NCBI GenBank assembly: GCA_964576385.1
Contig: CAZNUS010000002.1
Location: forward strand, 7,844 to 71,843
Source of the DNA: an uncultured Methanosarcinales archaeon
Lineage (GTDB): Archaea > Nanobdellota > Nanobdellia > Woesearchaeales > GW2011-AR9
DNA length: 64,000 bases
Reading direction: 5' to 3'
Position numbers and translations under genes: made by a program. This document shows, in pieces, positions 58,035 through 64,000 of the stretch (its first letter is position 1; each line of letters starts with the position of its first letter). The notes beneath the pieces were generated by a model, which saw only the letters and a program-made list of their open reading frames with translations, was not told where the DNA came from and did not search any database.

Positions 58035-59099
58035 ATGGAATTTATCGTGGAGAGGGCCTTGGGCAATACGTCTGAGCCAGAACTGGGTAACTTTAACCAG
58101 GCAAATATTAAAGTAATCGGAGTAGGCGGAGCCGGCAACAACATGGTTGGCTGGTTATATAAAAAAGGAATTAAGGGAGCTGAAATTTTAGCGTGTAATA
58201 CTGATCATCAGCATTTAAACATCACTGGTTCTGATCGTAAATTCTTGTTAGGTAAAGACTGCACCAGAGGATTGGGTTGTGGTGGTTTCCCTAATAAAGG
58301 AGCAGAAGCAGCGCAAGAATCTTTGAATCAATTGAAAGAATCCTTAAAGGGATCGGATATGGTCTTTGTCTGTGCAGGTATGGGTGGAGGTACAGGAACA
58401 GGTGCTTCTCCAGTAGTTGCTCAAGTAGCAAAGGATACTGGTTCAATAGTTATTGGAACGGTGACTATGCCCTTTAAGATTGAAAGAGCTCGTTGTGACA
58501 AAGCAGAATTTGGTTTGCAGCAATTAAGACAAGTATGTGATACTGTTATTGTCATTGATAACAATAGATTGGTTCAGATTGCTGGAAACTTACCGATTCA
58601 ACAAGCCTTTGCTGTAGCTAACGAATTAATTGCTACCATGATCAAAGGAATTGTAGAAACGATTGCCGTCCCATCTTTGGTCAACCTTGATTATGCAGAT
58701 GTAAAAGCAATCATGACTAATGGTGGAGTTGCTGCCATTGGTGTAGGAAGCAGCGATACTAATAATAGAGTAGAAGAAGCGGTGAAAGGAGCTTTATCTA
58801 ATCCATTACTAGACATCAACTACGATGGTGCTACTGGCGCTTTAATCCATGTAACTGGTGGACCGGATATGACCTTGGATGAAGTCAGCAAAATAGGTGA
58901 ATTAGTCACTGAAAGCCTGCATGATGATGCCAACGTTATCTGGGGAGCAAGAGTTGCCGATGAGATGAAAGGTAAACTTACTGTTATGACCATCATTACC
59001 GGAGTAAACTCACCATGGATACTCGGTAAAGTGGATGCAAAACATGCTCGTCAAAGAGCTCAAGCACTAAGCAGCGAGTTGGGCATAGAACTAGTTTAA
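58035..59099 (+). CDS. ftsZ: Cell division GTPase FtsZ
   Basis: IKVIGVGGAGNNMV, the tubulin signature GMGGGTGTGASPVVA, and NVDFAD-like motifs are present. Confidence 0.9.
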   Translation: MEFIVERALGNTSEPELGNFNQANIKVIGVGGAGNNMVGWLYKKGIKGAEILACNTDHQHLNITGSDRKFLLGKDCTRGLGCGGFPNKGAEAAQESLNQLKESLKGSDMVFVCAGMGGGTGTGASPVVAQVAKDTGSIVIGTVTMPFKIERARCDKAEFGLQQLRQVCDTVIVIDNNRLVQIAGNLPIQQAFAVANELIATMIKGIVETIAVPSLVNLDYADVKAIMTNGGVAAIGVGSSDTNNRVEEAVKGALSNPLLDINYDGATGALIHVTGGPDMTLDEVSKIGELVTESLHDDANVIWGARVADEMKGKLTVMTIITGVNSPWILGKVDAKHARQRAQALSSELGIELV

Positions 59100-59399
59100 G
59101 TGGGATTTTTTCCCACCTCATACTTCATCTTGCCTTAACTGCTTCTGAACACCACCCCCCCTTCGTTCAAACGATAAGGCAAGATTTTTTTTTCTTTTTT
59201 AGGAATTTTAAATCTTTATTTCTTCATGGGTTGAATACCCCGTGCTCAGCATCGATTATTTTTCAACCATGAAGATTAAAAATACTCCGGAGCTTGCTCC
59301 GGTGGATTTTTATTTAAGAAAATAGTTTTTCTGTCCACATATCTACTCAACTACTTCTTAAGAGTAACATTTAAATAATGAGCTATTTTTTTTGTAGAA

Positions 59400-61943
59400 A
59401 TGGCTGGTTTCGGAGATTCAGATGATGAAGATGATGGACATAGTAGTGAACATACCCATATTCATTCTTCAGCACCGCCTCGTTTAGATGATATGATGCG
59501 TGCAATTAGCCAAAGAATGGGCGGGCCGAGTATTGCTGACCTTGAAAGTGCAAAAGAAAAAGCTGGGCTAATTCTTCCTATAATACGACGTACCAGAAAA
59601 CACCGTGCTCAATTAGAACAGTTTTTAGACGAGCTGGCAAGAAATTTTCCTCCTCAGCTCCATGATATCTCACGTGAGGCAAGAGCTGCTCACATTTACC
59701 ATACCATTGAACATCCTATTACTCTTTCTCTTAGTAATATCCTTAGAGACCAGCTTAAATTGGCTTCTTTGCAAGGATATACTTCTGTTCTTGAAGGAAG
59801 TGGTCTTAAAGAATTTTCTGCTGAAAGATTACGAACACGGGGATATGAGAATTATCAACAGCAAATGTTTCTCGAAGCTTATCACGGAACTGAAGAAGCA
59901 GCCAATCAGATAGTAAGTGCTTGGCTAAGTGGAAGTGTCAATATCAATACAGCTCTAGAAGGTGGAATTAAAGCCGTGGCCATTTACCAAGCTTATTTGC
60001 GTGAACGTTTTCTTAAGCCTGCTGATGAAGAACCAGATAAAAGAAGGCAGATTATGGTCATCAGAAACCCAGGGGAAGAGCGTACTGTCAGTCATGTAAA
60101 ACTAAAATTGTTGGAAGGTAATGCTCCTTTAACTGATTTATTGCTGGATTTTTCTAGAAACTTACCCAGAGGTAGAGAAATAGTTCAGAGGAGAAAGGGT
60201 GATCCTAGAGTACAATACAGTCATTTTGCTGTGACTGAAGCGGCGAGAAAACTGATTACGATTTCCGATCCTACTTTCTTAGGCTATCTAGACAATCCTA
60301 ATTCTTTCTTTACTAATATTGCTAATGCCGCAACTGCTTATCTTAATTATATCGAAAGATCAGCCAAAGAAGTTCAGCAATTAATCGCTTCAAATAATAC
60401 TATAGCTTTAGCTAGTACTTTAAGGGATTCAGGAGTCCACCCACAATTGATAGGTCAAATCCTTCAGGATGGTGGTAATATTGCTAGATTAAGAAAATTA
60501 GCTGAAAGGGTAAGAGGTATTGCTTTAGATGATGTTGTACAAAGGGAAGAAGATTACCGTCCAGATAATGAAAGAGAAAGAAAAACCCAAGAATTGCTTA
60601 CTAGACAACTTACTGGGTTATATGAAGCAATGAAAACTATTGCTAAAGTGTCTACTGGAAGAGGTAGTGAAGATAGAAAAGAGAACCGAAAAGAAGTTCT
60701 TGCTTATGAAGCCATTACTACGGCCTTAGAATTAAATGTTGAGATAGAACAGCTGCAACGAAGCAGGAGATTACGGCAAAGAGATCGGGATTTAGACGAC
60801 GGAAACTTATTTTATGTAGGAACACAAGGGATGCTGGGAGAGTTTGGTTTTGAACGTGCTGAAGCACCTTTAATCCGGGAGGAAGATGTCATCGGCAAGT
60901 CTTTTGATCAAGCGAAAGAAAGAATTGCTTTAGCTAGACTGACGGCACAATATCCACATTTGATGCGAATGAGCTCTCCTACAGGGACAGTTAAAGCTAA
61001 TTTGATGCTTATTGGCCCCCCGGGATGTGGCAAGACTGAGTTAATAAGAGCAGTAGGGGGCAGTCCAGACGTAATTGGAGCAGCTGTAGGTATTCATAAT
61101 ATTGAAACTGCTTGGGCTGGGGAAAAAGTAGGGAATGTTGGCCGTGTTTTTACCAAAGCTGCTGCGCTTTATGAAGATAATCGCGCAGAAAAACCGGTAG
61201 GTCTAGGGATTGACGAGATGGAAGGATGGTTTGAAGGGCATAGCGCTAGGCAGGTTGAAACAGTCTTGTTGCAAATGTTGGATGGTGCTGTAACTTATGA
61301 CGGAGTTTTCACTATGGCCTTGACTAACAAACCGGAACTGATCCCTGGACGAATTATGAGGAGATTTCAATATGTAGGTATAGTAGGGGAATTAGAACAA
61401 GATGAAAGAGCTCGCTTAATGAAAATGTTTGTAGAAAGAGGCTTGCCGGTAGAACCAAGAGTAGAAGAATATTACGGCGGGTGGGCTGGCCTTTTGGCGG
61501 ACGCTCCAGGAGATGTCGTTAGAAAAATTGCTGATGTTATCCATTCCGATATTTTACCAGTTTATATTACTGAGAATCCTAGAAAAGCTAGGTCTATAGA
61601 AAGAATTCTGCGTGAAAGAGATGAGCGTAGAGGTCATGATCTAGATGCTGATAGGGCCTTTGTTAAACGGAAACTGCGAGAACATGGTATAGTAGTTGGT
61701 CCAGAACATATTGAAAAAACAGTTGGGTATGCTTTAAGTAACCCAGGGATTAGGAGGGAAATTTCTGAAGCCAAAACTACTTATAGAAACGCGCATGAGA
61801 TGTTGGCGGCAATTCAAGAAGGAGCAGAAGTAGGTGATGGTTTTTCTTATCATCGTCCTGTTGGATTTAGATTGTCTGATAGGCTTGTTGAGAAAGAAAT
61901 CAAAAGAAGGATAGAGCCAGCTGAAGAAAACGTTGAAGAGTGA
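59400..61943 (+). CDS. AAA+ ATPase with ~500-aa unassigned N-terminal region
   Basis: Walker A GPPGCGKT, Walker B GLGIDEMEG, sensor-1/SRH ALTNKPELIPGRIMRRF. Acidic N-terminus. Confidence 0.6.
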   Translation: MAGFGDSDDEDDGHSSEHTHIHSSAPPRLDDMMRAISQRMGGPSIADLESAKEKAGLILPIIRRTRKHRAQLEQFLDELARNFPPQLHDISREARAAHIYHTIEHPITLSLSNILRDQLKLASLQGYTSVLEGSGLKEFSAERLRTRGYENYQQQMFLEAYHGTEEAANQIVSAWLSGSVNINTALEGGIKAVAIYQAYLRERFLKPADEEPDKRRQIMVIRNPGEERTVSHVKLKLLEGNAPLTDLLLDFSRNLPRGREIVQRRKGDPRVQYSHFAVTEAARKLITISDPTFLGYLDNPNSFFTNIANAATAYLNYIERSAKEVQQLIASNNTIALASTLRDSGVHPQLIGQILQDGGNIARLRKLAERVRGIALDDVVQREEDYRPDNERERKTQELLTRQLTGLYEAMKTIAKVSTGRGSEDRKENRKEVLAYEAITTALELNVEIEQLQRSRRLRQRDRDLDDGNLFYVGTQGMLGEFGFERAEAPLIREEDVIGKSFDQAKERIALARLTAQYPHLMRMSSPTGTVKANLMLIGPPGCGKTELIRAVGGSPDVIGAAVGIHNIETAWAGEKVGNVGRVFTKAAALYEDNRAEKPVGLGIDEMEGWFEGHSARQVETVLLQMLDGAVTYDGVFTMALTNKPELIPGRIMRRFQYVGIVGELEQDERARLMKMFVERGLPVEPRVEEYYGGWAGLLADAPGDVVRKIADVIHSDILPVYITENPRKARSIERILRERDERRGHDLDADRAFVKRKLREHGIVVGPEHIEKTVGYALSNPGIRREISEAKTTYRNAHEMLAAIQEGAEVGDGFSYHRPVGFRLSDRLVEKEIKRRIEPAEENVEE

Positions 61944-62109
61944 TATAGTAAAGGCAATACAAAATAGTAAATTTTTACTCACTGTTCTGTTTTAATCAAA
62001 AACTTAATTTTCATTTTGCTTAGTCAGAAACATAATTCTCAGTTCAAATTGTAACTATTTTTAAGGAGAAAATTTAAATATTCGATAGATTTTCTGATGA
62101 TATATTTCT

Positions 62110-62751
62110 ATGGCTGAAGAAAGATTTCATACGTTGGAAGTTCAGAAAGATTTAGAAGGATTAGCAGAAGCTCCTGGAAAGATTTTTTCTCTTCGCCGAT
62201 TAGTTCAATTTTTAACCGTCGGTAATCCCGATGATGTTTTAGGGGTAAGCACTAGCACTGCTTTGGCATTTGATGGAGAGCGAAGCTTATTAGTTTATCC
62301 TGATTTGCACCTTCCAGATTTGGTCGGGCGTTTAAGATCACCTACACTGTTTCAGGAATTGAAAGGTTCAAGAGTTACTCGCCTTTGTTTTACAGTTGTT
62401 CATCCTATCGACCAGCCGGCATATCAGTATGTTATTCTTGGCGATGATGAATGCTTAGCTTATACTACAGAAGTTCTCGATGACGGATGGGGTTCAAGAA
62501 TAAGTCCTCCTGTGGAATTGGAGTATGCCTCTAAGCATCATCTTTTCAAAGCAGCTTTAGGTTATAACCAACGGGAGTTAGATATATTCAAAAAAAAATC
62601 TTCTGGAGGTGGACAAAGAAATGTTCTTCTTGATCTGAACTTAGATACTTCTGTTCCGGGATTATATTTACTAGGCTTTAATCGATTTGGAGATCTAGTG
62701 GCAAGGGATGCACGCTCTGAAATGAAGTTTTATACTCTTAAAGAAAAATAA
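62110..62751 (+). CDS. hypothetical protein
   Basis: 213 aa ORF, co-directional with ftsZ and the AAA gene. Confidence 0.4.
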   Translation: MAEERFHTLEVQKDLEGLAEAPGKIFSLRRLVQFLTVGNPDDVLGVSTSTALAFDGERSLLVYPDLHLPDLVGRLRSPTLFQELKGSRVTRLCFTVVHPIDQPAYQYVILGDDECLAYTTEVLDDGWGSRISPPVELEYASKHHLFKAALGYNQRELDIFKKKSSGGGQRNVLLDLNLDTSVPGLYLLGFNRFGDLVARDARSEMKFYTLKEK

Positions 62752-62818
62752 ATTCGTAAATTATGCTAATATTTAACTTGTTATTTAACGTGTTTATTAC
62801 TAATATCTCTCTTACAAA

Positions 62819-63280
62819 TTAATATCTGCAATATTCTTTTGTTCTGATGCATTCTCGTATTGTCCTTTCGATCTCCGCCATCCTCCCCTCGTCTTCCGAC
62901 TCTAAGTAGAAAAAAACTTCTCCGGTATATCTTTCTCTAATTCCATCCCGGCTGTTCTTCTTGGTAGTGATTTCACCATAAAATGAATAGGATATTACTA
63001 CATCATCTACTTTTCTTCTTTCGTGTAGATCAATATCTTTATTATCTTCTCTGCCATGTCGTGATGTTTCAATAGATTGGCTAGTCCAAACTACACCGTC
63101 TAACGTTTCCATAATATTACTAAAGCCAACCGGTGAACGATGATTTCGCCAAGTGGCATTTCTTATCGGGCCTTCGTAAATTGTTTGTCTCATAAAATTA
63201 TTTTCGTCTATCAGTTTAAAGATGTTGTGGAAGAATTTAATCGTCCGATATTCTAATGCCCCTCTAGAACTAGACCTCAA
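62819..63280 (-). CDS. hypothetical protein
   Basis: 153 aa ORF. Confidence 0.35.
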   Translation of the reverse strand: MRSSSRGALEYRTIKFFHNIFKLIDENNFMRQTIYEGPIRNATWRNHRSPVGFSNIMETLDGVVWTSQSIETSRHGREDNKDIDLHERRKVDDVVISYSFYGEITTKKNSRDGIRERYTGEVFFYLESEDEGRMAEIERTIRECIRTKEYCRY

Positions 63281-63349
63281 ATTAATAATTTATTCAGAAG
63301 TGAGAAATAAGAATAATCATCTTTTTTATAATTGAACTCTTCTATTTTT

Positions 63350-63901
63350 TTATCCACTTTTTCCAGGTAAATATATCTGCTTAATTGAATATTCAAACCT
63401 ATGAAATCTGTAATAGCTAATTACATCTGGAAATTTTGTTCTGAGGTCATTAATTATTCTTTTCATTTCAATTACATCTTTAACAATCACTTCTATTTCA
63501 AAGTCAGGACCGCCGATTGTCCTCATCCGATAGACAACGTTCTTATGATTTTTGGCGTACTCATTCATTTCTTTGATGCGGGACATATCATTTAAATAGA
63601 AGTCAATTTTATAAAAAACATATCCTAATTTTGTTTCATCAATGAGAGCATAATAACCTAGTACTATCTTTTTCCGTTCTAAATTTTTAAGACGATAGAT
63701 TGCAGCTTTTGGGGTAAGGTTAATTGTTTTAGCGATTTCGGTGATGGGCGTCTGCCCATGTTCAGTAATAACTTTTAAGATGTCATAATCTAATTTATCA
63801 TAATCTGCTTCTTTTTCCCTGCCAATAACTAACTCTTCTGTTTCAGGTTTATCAATAAGGAACTTCATGGGGTAATGGATCATATCTACCGATTCATACA
63901 T
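63350..63901 (-). CDS. Lrp/AsnC-like regulator (HTH plus RAM-like domain), putative
   Basis: HTH ITEIAKTINLTPKAAIYRLKNL, followed by a beta-alpha-beta-rich C-terminal half. Confidence 0.45.
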   Translation of the reverse strand: MYESVDMIHYPMKFLIDKPETEELVIGREKEADYDKLDYDILKVITEHGQTPITEIAKTINLTPKAAIYRLKNLERKKIVLGYYALIDETKLGYVFYKIDFYLNDMSRIKEMNEYAKNHKNVVYRMRTIGGPDFEIEVIVKDVIEMKRIINDLRTKFPDVISYYRFHRFEYSIKQIYLPGKSG

Positions 63902-64000
63902 TTCATATTTTTGGATATACTTTTTGTATTTAGAAATAAAAATAAACCATTTTTTAGCAAATTCTTGGATATCTTTAACCCAAACATAGAAAGCAATATC

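Overview
This 64 kb window reads as an AT-rich (roughly one-third GC by eye) archaeal chromosome segment. Gene content suggests a small-genome, DPANN-like archaeon, inferred from the gene content below. The archaeal markers are an Sm (SmAP) - ribosomal L37e operon, diphthamide synthase Dph2, the KEOPS kinase Bud32, FtsZ, and three tRNA genes each interrupted by two introns, several at non-canonical positions. About 75 protein-coding genes are packed tightly, with many start/stop overlaps.

Recognisable blocks:
- argG-argH with an upstream ACT-domain regulator.
- A U32 peptidase.
- A six-gene copper island: CopA P-type ATPase, ArsR-type regulator, cupredoxin lipoprotein, an HMA-membrane-cupredoxin fusion, CopZ and a SHOCT protein.
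- An oxidative-stress cluster: Fe/Mn SOD, a peroxiredoxin with an unusual CC-rich N-terminal extension, 2Fe-2S ferredoxin, a Fur/PerR regulator and a membrane-tethered wHTH regulator.
- A second, CopB-type (CPH, His-rich) P-type ATPase.
- Malic enzyme, oligoendopeptidase F, a Dph2 split into two abutting ORFs, a DHH phosphoesterase, an AbrB-PhoU regulator, an IMPase-family phosphatase, Nudix, Xth, thioredoxin, two nitroreductases, and FtsZ followed by a long AAA+ ATPase.

Non-coding highlights:
- A 144-145 bp MITE-like element present twice, each with terminal inverted repeats and its own 8-bp target-site duplication.
- Two further small intergenic repeat families.
- Promoter-proximal tandem repeats abutting copB, dph2 and pepF.
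- A GC-rich ~250 nt structured RNA candidate built from two paralogous hairpin modules.
- Abundant trinucleotide microsatellites and poly-Asn inserts inside conserved proteins.

Several very large or Cys-rich secreted repeat proteins look like cell-surface proteins. One is 831 aa with about ten tandem 35-aa two-Cys repeats followed by an SD-repeat tail. No rRNA, CRISPR array, integrase or transposase ORF was seen.
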